The notes beneath the pieces were generated by a model. The model saw nothing but the letters and a program-made list of their open reading frames with translations. It had not been told where the DNA came from and did no database searches. A DNA stretch of 64,000 bases from NCBI GenBank assembly GCA_045651285.1, contig JAZRSC010000014.1, positions 26,783 through 90,782 on the forward strand, written 5' to 3'. The position numbers and the translations under genes were made by a program. Source of the DNA: Acutalibacteraceae bacterium. GTDB taxonomy: Bacteria; Bacillota; Clostridia; Oscillospirales; Acutalibacteraceae. Positions within the stretch are counted from its first letter, which is position 1. Every line of letters starts with the position of its first letter. This document shows, piece by piece, positions 28,025-37,590 of this stretch.

Positions 28025-30703
28025 TTATTCCACACAAGAAACTCCTGTTGTATTATAATAACTTATACTCTTTCCGTTAACCGCTCTCACAGTATAAATA
28101 TACTCTGTACCTTCAATAACATTTGAGTCAATATAAGTTGTATTTTCTGTACCAGTTACAGTTTCAAGCAAAGTCCAGTTTGTATATAAAGTTTTTCTGT
28201 AAATTCTGTAACTGTCGGCATTTTCGTTCTGATTGAATTCAAGGATAATTCCACTTGTATCCCTTGTAGCAGCAACTAACTCAGGAATACCTAAATACAT
28301 TAAAGCTGTTGACCCTTTATAACTTGACAATACTTTACCACTTACTGTGCGTACTGTGTATTTATAAGTCACACCATCCTGAACACTTCCATCTGTCCAA
28401 GATGATTTAGATGAAGCAACAGTGCTCATACCCTTCCATGAAGACCATTTACCTGTGGCAACATCGAGCTGCGAACGATAAATTTTGTAACCTGTTGCAC
28501 CTGTTGCCTTTGTCCATTTAACTATAATGCCATTGGCCCCATTAGAAACAGAAACTGTAGGCTCTGCTAAATACATAAGAGAAGCCGAAGCTTTATGACT
28601 GCTACTGCAAAGACCGTTAACAGCCTTTACTGTGTAGCGATATATTGTACCGCTTTTTACATTTTTATCTACCCAAGAGAATTTTGTTGCAGCGGTAGTA
28701 CCACGCTTTTGCCAACCTGTCCACTTGCCTGTAGTTGCATTATATTGTGAACTATAAACAGTATATCCTGCTGCACCACTAACCTTTGACCAAGAAACAT
28801 TTATCCCTGTTGAACTGTTAGCACTTTTTACTGTTGGAGTTTTAAGAATTACACCAACCCAACCACTTGTATTATATGCAGAAAGAGTACTACCTTTATA
28901 TGCTCTTACTGTGTAAGTGTAAACTGAACCAACCTTTACATTTTTATCTGTGTAAGAAGTAGCGGTTGTTTTAGCTACCTGTGACCACTTTGTAGCACCT
29001 GGTGCTTTTCTGTAAACTCTGTAGCCACCAGCACCACTTACTGCACCCCATTGAATTTTGATTGCAGTTGACGAAGTTGTAACTTTGGTAACAGATGGAG
29101 TTGTAAGAGTATATTTTACAGTCCAACCTGTAGAATTATAACTCGAAAGATTTGAACCATTTTCTGCTCTTAATGTGTATTTATAAGATTTTCCAACAGT
29201 TACACCTTTGTCTGTATAAGAAGTGCCTGTTGCTTTACCTAACAATACCCAATTACTACCATTATGTCTATAAACACGATACTGTGCCGCACCCGCTACC
29301 GCTTTCCAGTTAAGTGTTATACCAGAACCGATAACAGAATTGGTTTTAGTAATCTGTGGAGCTGCTATATAGTTTATTCCGTATGACTTATACGCACTCC
29401 ATGTACCATTAGCATAAACCCTTACTGCATAGTAATTAGGTTTACCTGAAGTTGCACCAGTATCTGTAATACTTAAAACATCTGAATTTACTGTTTTGAG
29501 AATTGTCCAAGATGTTTCGTCTTTTAATTTTCTGTAAATTCTGTATTTTTCAGCACCTTCAACCGCAGTCCACTTAACACCTACACCTTTTTGTGCATTT
29601 GCTAAAGTAACTTTAGAAACCATTCCGACATAACGGATAGTTGCCACATTTGAATATGCGCTTAAACTGTCGTTTTTACATACCAGTACGAGATATTCGT
29701 ATTCAACACCGCTTGATATTGATTTATCTGTTACTGTAAGAACTGTTGAAGCTACTTCTTCAATTCTTCCCCATTTGGTTTCACCAGATTTCCTCTTATA
29801 TACCCTATATCCAGTTGCACCTTCAACTTTATCCCAGGCAATTTTTACACCTGAACTAGAATTTGTAACAGTAACATTTGTAGCATCAATGTAGGTAATT
29901 GATTTACCTGCATACCAACCATAACCACTTGCATTTTTTGCTCTCACTGCATAAGTGTATGTTGTATTGTTCTGAATATTTTCTGTGTCTGTATATGAAA
30001 TATCTTTCCAAGTAGCGATTGCTCTGTAGCTCTTATCTTCGCCACCCTTACGATAAAGAAGATATTCAGTAGCACCAGGTACTGCGTTCCATTTTACTGT
30101 TATTGCTTTTTTACCCGCAGTAAATGAAACAATTTCACCTGAATCAAGTGTTGCAAAGCCAGTACCATCCTGCCCCGCAAACTTTTTGATTGTTGAAGTA
30201 GATGAATAATCACCAGAAACAAATTCAACTGTTGTTTTAGGGTGTATTTTATCAATTACCTCAAAAGTAATAAATGCAAATTCTTTGCCTGTGTTACCTG
30301 TGTTAAAGCCACTTGCACTAATAAATGCAAAGGTATATGCAGAATCATCATACATAGAAACACCGTGAGTGTGCATACCTGCAAATACTTCTGTTTCATT
30401 ACCATCCGCATCAGTAGTCACTACAGGTCCTGCATCTACAATTCTTAAAATCTTTTTATCAAATTTAACAGTTACCATAGCCCCTGTAACTGTCACACCA
30501 CTTGAAATATTGATTTTAAATGTCACTTTACCATCTTTAAAGATTGGTTGTGATGCATTAGAAACAGTACCATCACTTATAACATATTTTGACGCATCAA
30601 GATATGAGTCTGGCACTGCAACAGCCGAAACTGTTACCATTAAGCTCATAATAACAGAAACAACCATTAAAATTGCAAGAGTTAATTTTAATCCTTTTTT
30701 CAT
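28025..30703 (-). CDS. secreted giant protein: signal peptide + cohesin-like domain + 8 FN3-like repeats (paralogue of 23927-27931)
   Basis: 892 aa. MKKGLKLTLAILMVVSVIMSLMVTVSA signal peptide. Cohesin-like residues about 30-165 (nt about 30209-30616: VTGAMVTVKFDKKILRIVDAGP...YTFAFISASG...FAFITFEVID...TVEFV). Then 8 units of the same repeat type. The last five repeats are collinear with the last five of the neighbour. Confidence 0.7.
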   Translation of the reverse strand: MKKGLKLTLAILMVVSVIMSLMVTVSAVAVPDSYLDASKYVISDGTVSNASQPIFKDGKVTFKINISSGVTVTGAMVTVKFDKKILRIVDAGPVVTTDADGNETEVFAGMHTHGVSMYDDSAYTFAFISASGFNTGNTGKEFAFITFEVIDKIHPKTTVEFVSGDYSSTSTIKKFAGQDGTGFATLDSGEIVSFTAGKKAITVKWNAVPGATEYLLYRKGGEDKSYRAIATWKDISYTDTENIQNNTTYTYAVRAKNASGYGWYAGKSITYIDATNVTVTNSSSGVKIAWDKVEGATGYRVYKRKSGETKWGRIEEVASTVLTVTDKSISSGVEYEYLVLVCKNDSLSAYSNVATIRYVGMVSKVTLANAQKGVGVKWTAVEGAEKYRIYRKLKDETSWTILKTVNSDVLSITDTGATSGKPNYYAVRVYANGTWSAYKSYGINYIAAPQITKTNSVIGSGITLNWKAVAGAAQYRVYRHNGSNWVLLGKATGTSYTDKGVTVGKSYKYTLRAENGSNLSSYNSTGWTVKYTLTTPSVTKVTTSSTAIKIQWGAVSGAGGYRVYRKAPGATKWSQVAKTTATSYTDKNVKVGSVYTYTVRAYKGSTLSAYNTSGWVGVILKTPTVKSANSSTGINVSWSKVSGAAGYTVYSSQYNATTGKWTGWQKRGTTAATKFSWVDKNVKSGTIYRYTVKAVNGLCSSSHKASASLMYLAEPTVSVSNGANGIIVKWTKATGATGYKIYRSQLDVATGKWSSWKGMSTVASSKSSWTDGSVQDGVTYKYTVRTVSGKVLSSYKGSTALMYLGIPELVAATRDTSGIILEFNQNENADSYRIYRKTLYTNWTLLETVTGTENTTYIDSNVIEGTEYIYTVRAVNGKSISYYNTTGVSCVE

Positions 30704-30813
30704 TTTTATAGTCCTCTCTTTTCTCTCACATAGTCAAATTTATACATTATAAATATACCATATATAAGCTTTCAAGTCAATCAATTTAAGTTAAACTACT
30801 GTTAAAAATATGT

Positions 30814-30848
30814 AAATAAATAAGTGGGGTAAATTCATCACCCCACTT
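30814..30848 (-). terminator. intrinsic terminator after 30851-31312
   Basis: The minus strand reads AAGTGGGGT-GATGAATTT-ACCCCACTT followed by ATTTATTT. Confidence 0.5.
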
Positions 30849-30850
30849 CA

Positions 30851-31312
30851 TTAAACATATAATTTATGACGAACATAAAAAAGCAAATCTTCTGCTTCTT
30901 TTTTTAACGCCCTTGTCGAAACAGAGATTACACAACTCGCTGTTCCACCTGACAAAGAAACTTCTGTTCTTAAAGCGTCTGCCGCTTTTTTGGTACTTCT
31001 GCCTTCACCGAAAACAAGACAAATTACATTTTTAAATCTTAATTCATTCTGACGGATAAACACCTTCATAGCAGGTGCAATATTGCCAAAAGTTTCGTCA
31101 GTAGCCAAAATCACATTATCGTAATCATCAAGGTCAATATCGTAACACCTGAGTCTTATATCAGATGTTTTCTTCGCTGTAAACCTACTATAAAATATAG
31201 ATTTTCTTGATAAATCTCTCAATTCGAGAACATCAATATCTTGTGATTCGCTTCTACTACAAAGTTCTTTTACTTCGTTATCATAAGAAAAATGTACAAG
31301 TAATGTTTTCAA
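30851..31312 (-). CDS. hypothetical protein, possibly flavodoxin-like fold
   Basis: 153 aa. MKTLLVHFS...YDNVILATDETFGNIAPAMKVF is weakly reminiscent of flavodoxin-like proteins. No firm motif. Confidence 0.3.
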   Translation of the reverse strand: MKTLLVHFSYDNEVKELCSRSESQDIDVLELRDLSRKSIFYSRFTAKKTSDIRLRCYDIDLDDYDNVILATDETFGNIAPAMKVFIRQNELRFKNVICLVFGEGRSTKKAADALRTEVSLSGGTASCVISVSTRALKKEAEDLLFYVRHKLYV

Positions 31313-31600
31313 TGAAACACCCCCGAATCAGTAGGCTACATTATATTGACAAGCAATTAACTTTACAATACAACATCTTGAGTATAACACACTGTTTACT
31401 ATTTGTAACCACTTTTTTACACATTTTGACAATTTTCTGCTTTTTGCACAAACCCACTTAGTATAGTTTGTTGAAAATGATACAAAAAATGTCATATTTT
31501 TTCAATTATATTGAATAAAAATTACATTTCTGCTACAATATCTAGTAGTTGAGCGACTTTTATTTTCGCTCATAATTCTTACTATAAGAAGGTATTACCT

Positions 31601-32815
31601 ATGAAACCAATCCGCACATTTATACACCAGAATGGTATTAAATTTGTTCTCAATGCAGAAAAACCAATTTATAATTTAACAAAAGGGAAACTCTGTAAAA
31701 ACAGATTTCTTTCTTCGGTTGACATTCACCATATCGGAACCAATGTAAAAATTGTAAAAGAAACTGACAACGCAACCTACATAGCAAAATATAAAGAAGA
31801 TGGCACTATTGACAATGGTGACTTTAAAATTCTTTTAACAACAGATATGCATCTTGATGAAGATTACGATTTAAACGACAAAACTTTCGACAGGATATTC
31901 AAGCAAATCCGTGACAATAAACCCGACCTTGTAATTTTCACAGGTGACTGTATTCAGTCTAAATTCCAACAAATTGATGCAATACAGTTTGCTCAGTGGA
32001 TGGAAAAAATCGGTGTTTACTGGGCTTATGTTTTCGGCAATCACGAAGCAAGAGAAGAAAAAAGTTACTATAAATATCTGATTTTCAAAAGTCTTGTTGA
32101 TTATCCGCATTGCCTTTCAAAATTCGGAAACCCCGACCTTTTCGGCTTTGGTAACTTTATGATTAATATAATGAATTCCGAAACCGAAATTAAGCATTCA
32201 CTTTTCTTCTTTGATTCAGGTAGAGATGTTATTGAGCACCACGCACTCAATGATAATGTTCCTTTAGAATATGTAAATAGTTACGACTACATAAAGCCAT
32301 CACAAATTCGTTGGTATGAAAACGAACTTAAATCATTGAGAAACACTTATGGTGAAGTTAAAAATTCACTTTATATGCATATTCCGATTCCTGAATATAA
32401 ACAAATTTTCAAATTAGATGAAAATGGCGACTATTTACGAGATGAAAATGGTGAGCTTATAAGACTCAGTGATAAGCAACTCCCTAAAAATGAAAATGCA
32501 AAAATCCTTTATGGCAGAGCATTTGAAACTGTTGGTTGTTCAAAACACAATTCACATCTTTTCGATAGTATGAAAAATAACAACGCAGTTGCTATTTTCT
32601 CTGGCCACGACCATGTTAACGATATAGCATTTGAACTTGACAACATTCTTTTAGTTTATGTGCAGTACGCAAGCTACAACGCATACAATTTGGGTAATTA
32701 TGATGGTATTGTTTCTTTACCTGAAAGTGAATGGCAACAAGGTGTTACAATTTCAACTATTAAAAATAATGGTTCAATGGAAGTTAAGCAAATCTTAAAC
32801 AACAAATACTTATAA
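31601..32815 (+). CDS. calcineurin-like metallophosphoesterase
   Basis: 404 aa. Motifs in canonical order: TTDMHLD, FTGDCI, VFGNHE, GHDHVND. Confidence 0.7.
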   Translation: MKPIRTFIHQNGIKFVLNAEKPIYNLTKGKLCKNRFLSSVDIHHIGTNVKIVKETDNATYIAKYKEDGTIDNGDFKILLTTDMHLDEDYDLNDKTFDRIFKQIRDNKPDLVIFTGDCIQSKFQQIDAIQFAQWMEKIGVYWAYVFGNHEAREEKSYYKYLIFKSLVDYPHCLSKFGNPDLFGFGNFMINIMNSETEIKHSLFFFDSGRDVIEHHALNDNVPLEYVNSYDYIKPSQIRWYENELKSLRNTYGEVKNSLYMHIPIPEYKQIFKLDENGDYLRDENGELIRLSDKQLPKNENAKILYGRAFETVGCSKHNSHLFDSMKNNNAVAIFSGHDHVNDIAFELDNILLVYVQYASYNAYNLGNYDGIVSLPESEWQQGVTISTIKNNGSMEVKQILNNKYL

Positions 32816-32821
32816 AATTTA

Positions 32822-32864
32822 AGTACCCATCAGTAAAACCACAATTTTACTGATGGGTACTTTT
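32822..32864. terminator. bidirectional intrinsic terminator
   Basis: AGTACCCATCAGTAAAA-CCACAA-TTTTACTGATGGGTACT, a 17-bp stem followed by TTTT, between convergent genes. Confidence 0.65.
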
Positions 32865-33948
32865 AAAATATTTCTTTAAATAAATCATCTGTTATTTCTT
32901 CAATCACAGAAAAATCTGTTGCTCTTATATAGTAATCTTCAAGTCTGTCGTGAATACCTTTTGCTATTGATATTTTCTTTACCGCTTCCTCTAACATTTC
33001 TTGTTGCGTTTTTTTGTTAAATTTAAGACTTTCTTTTATTTCCCCTAGTGCCTCTTTATTTAAAAATCTTGTTGCGTGAACTGTTTTTTCGCCACTCAAA
33101 AGTGATTTGTGTGACTCATTTTCAGTAAAGAAACAAAGCTTAAGTTCGGGAATAATAATATGTTCAATTTTTACTGTCGGGAAAATCGGGCAATAACACG
33201 CGTAAATATCGTAACCATTTTCTAAAGCGTAATCTGCTATACAGTTCATTATAGCAGGAGTGCAAACTGAATAATCGTCTTTTATAGTAATAATTTTTTC
33301 ACTAAGTGCTACTATTGTATCATACTGAAGCACTACTCCATCAGGGGTAATAGCACTTAAAAATCTTTTATTCAGTATACCTCGTTCTATATTTTTTCTT
33401 GTCGGGATTTCTCTTCGACAAAGTCTTTCCGCATAATTTCCGACTTTTAGTCTGTCTGTAATTTTGTCGCAATGCTTCATTGCCTCTAGTTGTAATTTTG
33501 AAACCAGGTTAATATATTCAGCCGCTTTTTTATGAAGTCGTTTGTTTTCATCGCTTAAACTTATAATTGCGGGTTTGTATTCAGCTAAATACTTTTTATC
33601 CCATGCTACACCAAGATTTATAATACTTTCTGTAACCCCCGGGTATGTAGCTTCAAAGGTATGTGGCGAGGTACCATCAAGAATAGAAAAATTTATTTCA
33701 GGTGCAATTACCATATCAAGCGAATTCGGGTCTGCACTACAATAACCTCGTTCTACAAAATAACCTTTTTTCTCTAACTCTATAGCTAATTTTTTCATAA
33801 GGGTAGATTTTCCGGTTCCAGGTCCGCCTTTTAAAATATAATGCATACCATCTGCCTTTTTATCGTAAGCAGAAGAAAAAAGTGATGTATATTCTTTTCT
33901 TGAATTCGCACCAAAGAAAAATGATACAGGTGTAATAGTCTTAGTCAT
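32863..33948 (-). CDS. P-loop ATPase of unknown function (PRK06851-like, as I recall that family)
   Basis: 361 aa. YILKGGPGTGKSTLMKKLA Walker A; CSADPNSLDMVI...DGTSPH. No other recognisable domain. Confidence 0.5.
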   Translation of the reverse strand: MTKTITPVSFFFGANSRKEYTSLFSSAYDKKADGMHYILKGGPGTGKSTLMKKLAIELEKKGYFVERGYCSADPNSLDMVIAPEINFSILDGTSPHTFEATYPGVTESIINLGVAWDKKYLAEYKPAIISLSDENKRLHKKAAEYINLVSKLQLEAMKHCDKITDRLKVGNYAERLCRREIPTRKNIERGILNKRFLSAITPDGVVLQYDTIVALSEKIITIKDDYSVCTPAIMNCIADYALENGYDIYACYCPIFPTVKIEHIIIPELKLCFFTENESHKSLLSGEKTVHATRFLNKEALGEIKESLKFNKKTQQEMLEEAVKKISIAKGIHDRLEDYYIRATDFSVIEEITDDLFKEIF

Positions 33949-34032
33949 AATACCACTCCAATAACGAGTAACTACTCGTTGTGTTATAGAGTATATTATG
34001 TAGTTTCTGGTAAGAGTGTGACTATTTTTCAG

Positions 34033-34200
34033 TTGTTAGTCGTTAGGAATTAGGTGTTAGGTGTTAGGTGTTAGATAATAGAAAACTACATTCTCTCATT
34101 TACTCAAAATGAAACAATGTAGTGTCTGTTATTCATATTCAAATATCATCACGTCGAAGCTTCAGAAATTGTGCATTCTGCACTCTGCATTTTGCATTCA
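34033..34200 (-). repeat. composite 3'-flank element, copy A (follows ileS; includes the ileS terminator hairpin)
   Basis: On the plus strand: (TAG-N4)x6 at 34037-34074; hairpin arms ACTACATT and AATGTAGT (34085-34123); degenerate conserved box TTATTCATATTCAAATATCATCACGTCGAAGCTTC (34129-34163); (TGCA-N3)x4 at 34172-34196. Confidence 0.8.
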
Positions 34201-34201
34201 T

Positions 34202-37200
34202 TCACACTCTCTCAACTGCAATTTTCACATTCTCACCATTAATGTCCCAATCTTTTGCGTTAGCAGCTTCGCCAACTGTAATTGAGTCTGCAAGAACAAT
34301 TGTAGCAATTGCATCTTTATTTTTGAGTGCAATATCTGAAACCTTATCGTTACCTGAAAGTGTAACATTGATATGGTCTGTAACATTGAAGTCAGAATCT
34401 TTTCTCATTGTCTGAACCTTACTGATAAGCTCTTTTACAAAGCCCTCTTCAACAAGTTCTTCTGTGAGTTCAGTATCAAGTGCAACAGTAACACCTTTAT
34501 CTGAAACTGTGAATACGCCCTCTTTCTGAACTGTGTCAATAAGAACATCTTCAACAGCAAGTTCTACTGTACCACTTGCGAGTTCAAGAACAAGTTTACC
34601 ATCAGCATCAAGTGTCTTTTTAGCATCACTTGGAAGCTCTGCTAATGCATTTCTGATTTCACCTAATTGTTTACCATACTTTGGACCTAATGTCTTTAAT
34701 TGTGGTTTGAAAGTATATGAAACGAAAGAAGAAGCATCTGCGTCAAAGTCAACATTTTTAATGTTAAGCTCTTCACGGATAATATCTATAAAGTAGCCTT
34801 CAACCTTTTTGTCACAGTTTACATACATTGTGTTAAGTGGTTGTCTGTTCTTTAAGTTAGAACCATTTCTTGCCGCACGACCAAGAACAACAATATCAAC
34901 TACTTCGTCCATATTCTTTTCGAGTTCTTTGTCAATAAAGTCTTCACGTACTTCAGGGAAGTCACAAAGGTGAACACTTTCAGGAGCAGACTTATCTACA
35001 TTACAAACAAGATTTCTGTAAATTGCTTCTGCCATAAATGGAATCATTGGAGCGGCAGTTTTTGCAGTAACTGTAAGTGCTGTATAAAGTGTCATATATG
35101 CAGCAGTTTTGTCATCTGTTTCACCTTGTACCCAATATCTTTCTCTACCACGGCGAACATACCAGTTACTCATTTCATCTGTAAATTCCTGAAGTGCCTT
35201 TGCTGCTTCTGGAATTTTATAGTTAGCAAGGTTATCATCAACCGCTTTAACCATTGAGTAAAGCTTTGAAAGAAGCCATTTATCCATTACTGTAAGCTTA
35301 CAATCTTCTAAATTGTATTTAGTTGGGTCAAACTTATCAATATTTGCATAAAGAACATAGAAAGCGTAAGTATTCCAGAGAGTACCCATAAACTTTCTCT
35401 GACCTTCAACAACTGTTTTACCATAGAAACGGTTAGGAAGCCAAGGTGCTGAGTTAGTGTAGAAATACCAACGGATAGCATCTGCGCCATAGCTTTCGAG
35501 TGCTTCAAACGGGTCAACCGCATTACCCTTTGACTTGCTCATTTTCTGACCATTTTCATCTTGAACATGACCTAAAACTATAACATTTTTATAAGGTGCT
35601 TTGTTGAAGATGAGAGTTGAAATAGCAAGAAGCGAATAGAACCAACCTCTTGTCTGGTCAACTGCTTCAGAAATAAAGTCTGCTGGGAATTGTGCCTCAA
35701 ATAATTCTTTGTTTTCAAATGGATAGTGATGTTGTGCAAATGGCATAGCACCACTGTCAAACCAACAGTCAATAACCTCTGGTACACGGTGCATCTCTTT
35801 ACCGCAATCAGGACATTTAATTGTAACTGCATCAATAAATGGTCTGTGAAGTTCTACATCATCAGGACAGTTGTCGCTCATTGATTTTAATTCTTCAATA
35901 GAGCCGATTGAATGACGACAACCACATTCACATTCCCATATATTAAGTGGTGTACCCCAATATCTGTTACGGGAAATACCCCAGTCCTGAACATTTTCTA
36001 ACCAGTCACCAAAACGACCTTTACCAATGCTTTCAGGAATCCAGTTTATTGTGTTGTTATTTTTAATTAAGTCTTCTCTTACCTCTGTCATCTTGATAAA
36101 CCAAGATTCTCTTGCATAGTAAATAAGAGGAGTTGAACATCTCCAACAATGTGGATATTCGTGTTCAAATTTAGGTGCATCAAAAAGAAGCCCTGCCTTT
36201 TCAAGGTCAACTAAAACTAATTTGTCTGCATCCTTAACGAATGTACCAACATAAGGAGTTGGTTCTGCCATTAAGCCTGCACCATCAACTAATTGAATAA
36301 ATGGTAAATCATATTTTCTGCCGACTTTAGCGTCATCTTCACCAAATGCAGGTGCAATATGAACAATACCAGTACCATCTGACATAGTAACATAGCTGTC
36401 AGTTGTAATAAAGAAGCCTTTTTTATTCTGCTTGTCGCAAAGTGGTTTTACATAATCGAAAAGAGGAACATATTCTTTATGCTCTAAATCTGCACCTTTC
36501 ATTGTTTCGATTATTTCATACGCTTCATTTTCTTCTGTTTTTAATTTGCCGAGAACTTTATCAAGAAGTGCTTCAGCCATATAATATGTAAAACCATCTG
36601 CCGCCTTAACCTTGCAATATGTATCAGCAGGGTTTACGCAGAGTGCAACATTTGATGGAAGTGTCCAAGGTGTAGTTGTCCAAGCAAGGAAATATGCATC
36701 TTCACTTGCAACTTTAAAACGAACTACTGCTGAACGCTCTTTTACTGTTTTATAACCTTGTGCTACCTCGTGTGAAGAAAGTGGTGTACCGCAACGAGGG
36801 CAATAAGGAACAATTTTAAAGCCCTTGTAAAGAAGATTTTTTTCATAAATCTTTTTAAGTGCCCACCATTCTGACTCGATAAAGTCATTATGGTAAGTTA
36901 CATAAGGGTCTTCCATATCTGCCCAGAAACCAACTGTACGAGAGAAATCCTCCCACATACCCTTGTATTTCCAAACGCTTTCTTTACAATGACCAATAAA
37001 TGGTTCAAGACCATATTCTTCAATTTGCTCTTTACCGTCAAGACCTAAAAGCTTTTCAACCTCAAGCTCAACAGGAAGACCGTGTGTATCCCAACCAGCT
37101 TTTCTTGGAACCATACAGCCTTTCATTGTACGGTAACGAGGAATCATATCTTTAATAACACGGGTTAAAACATGGCCTATATGCGGCTTACCATTTGCAG

Positions 37201-37345
37201 TTGGTGGGCCATCGTAAAAGACATAAGGTGTTCCGTTCTTTCTGTCTTCAATACTTTTTTCAAAAATTTTCTGGTCACGCCAGAATTTTTCAATTTGTTT
37301 TTCTTGTTCAACAAAATTCACATTTGGTGAAATTGGGTCGTACAT
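34202..37345 (-). CDS. ileS: isoleucine--tRNA ligase (long, type 2 form)
   Basis: 1047 aa. PPTANGKPHIGH (HIGH motif), KMSKSKGN (KMSKS motif) and an editing-domain insert. Confidence 0.95.
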   Translation of the reverse strand: MYDPISPNVNFVEQEKQIEKFWRDQKIFEKSIEDRKNGTPYVFYDGPPTANGKPHIGHVLTRVIKDMIPRYRTMKGCMVPRKAGWDTHGLPVELEVEKLLGLDGKEQIEEYGLEPFIGHCKESVWKYKGMWEDFSRTVGFWADMEDPYVTYHNDFIESEWWALKKIYEKNLLYKGFKIVPYCPRCGTPLSSHEVAQGYKTVKERSAVVRFKVASEDAYFLAWTTTPWTLPSNVALCVNPADTYCKVKAADGFTYYMAEALLDKVLGKLKTEENEAYEIIETMKGADLEHKEYVPLFDYVKPLCDKQNKKGFFITTDSYVTMSDGTGIVHIAPAFGEDDAKVGRKYDLPFIQLVDGAGLMAEPTPYVGTFVKDADKLVLVDLEKAGLLFDAPKFEHEYPHCWRCSTPLIYYARESWFIKMTEVREDLIKNNNTINWIPESIGKGRFGDWLENVQDWGISRNRYWGTPLNIWECECGCRHSIGSIEELKSMSDNCPDDVELHRPFIDAVTIKCPDCGKEMHRVPEVIDCWFDSGAMPFAQHHYPFENKELFEAQFPADFISEAVDQTRGWFYSLLAISTLIFNKAPYKNVIVLGHVQDENGQKMSKSKGNAVDPFEALESYGADAIRWYFYTNSAPWLPNRFYGKTVVEGQRKFMGTLWNTYAFYVLYANIDKFDPTKYNLEDCKLTVMDKWLLSKLYSMVKAVDDNLANYKIPEAAKALQEFTDEMSNWYVRRGRERYWVQGETDDKTAAYMTLYTALTVTAKTAAPMIPFMAEAIYRNLVCNVDKSAPESVHLCDFPEVREDFIDKELEKNMDEVVDIVVLGRAARNGSNLKNRQPLNTMYVNCDKKVEGYFIDIIREELNIKNVDFDADASSFVSYTFKPQLKTLGPKYGKQLGEIRNALAELPSDAKKTLDADGKLVLELASGTVELAVEDVLIDTVQKEGVFTVSDKGVTVALDTELTEELVEEGFVKELISKVQTMRKDSDFNVTDHINVTLSGNDKVSDIALKNKDAIATIVLADSITVGEAANAKDWDINGENVKIAVERV

Positions 37346-37590
37346 TTTACTACCTCCATAAAAGACTAGTATTTTTCATACTGCCATACAAAGAACATAT
37401 TATCACGAAAACTGCTGTTTTGCAAGTGTTTATACTAATAAAAATCCAAAAAGTACTATATTGGTAACCAATAGTCATTTTTTATTTTAATTATTTTTTC
37501 ACTATATCTTTACAACTTGACTTGAATTGGGTATAATATGTATTTGGTAAAATATGTACTTTAATTTTCTCCAAGAAAGGATTTTTTAAT

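Noticed and set aside
34033-34076. CRISPR array or other spacer-containing repeat, considered for all the heptamer arrays.
   Set aside because: The units are 7 nt with no spacers, each array is shorter than 50 nt, and no cas genes are present.
34122-34415. 97-aa plus-strand ORF spanning repeat copy A and the ileS 3' end.
   Set aside because: It starts inside the repeat hairpin and runs antisense into ileS. No RBS or family resemblance.
37346-37590. T-box leader upstream of ileS.
   Set aside because: Only about 245 nt are shared with the divergent prfB promoter region. I find no T-box sequence (AANNNGGGTGGTACCGCG-like), no specifier-loop architecture and no terminator/antiterminator pair on the minus strand.
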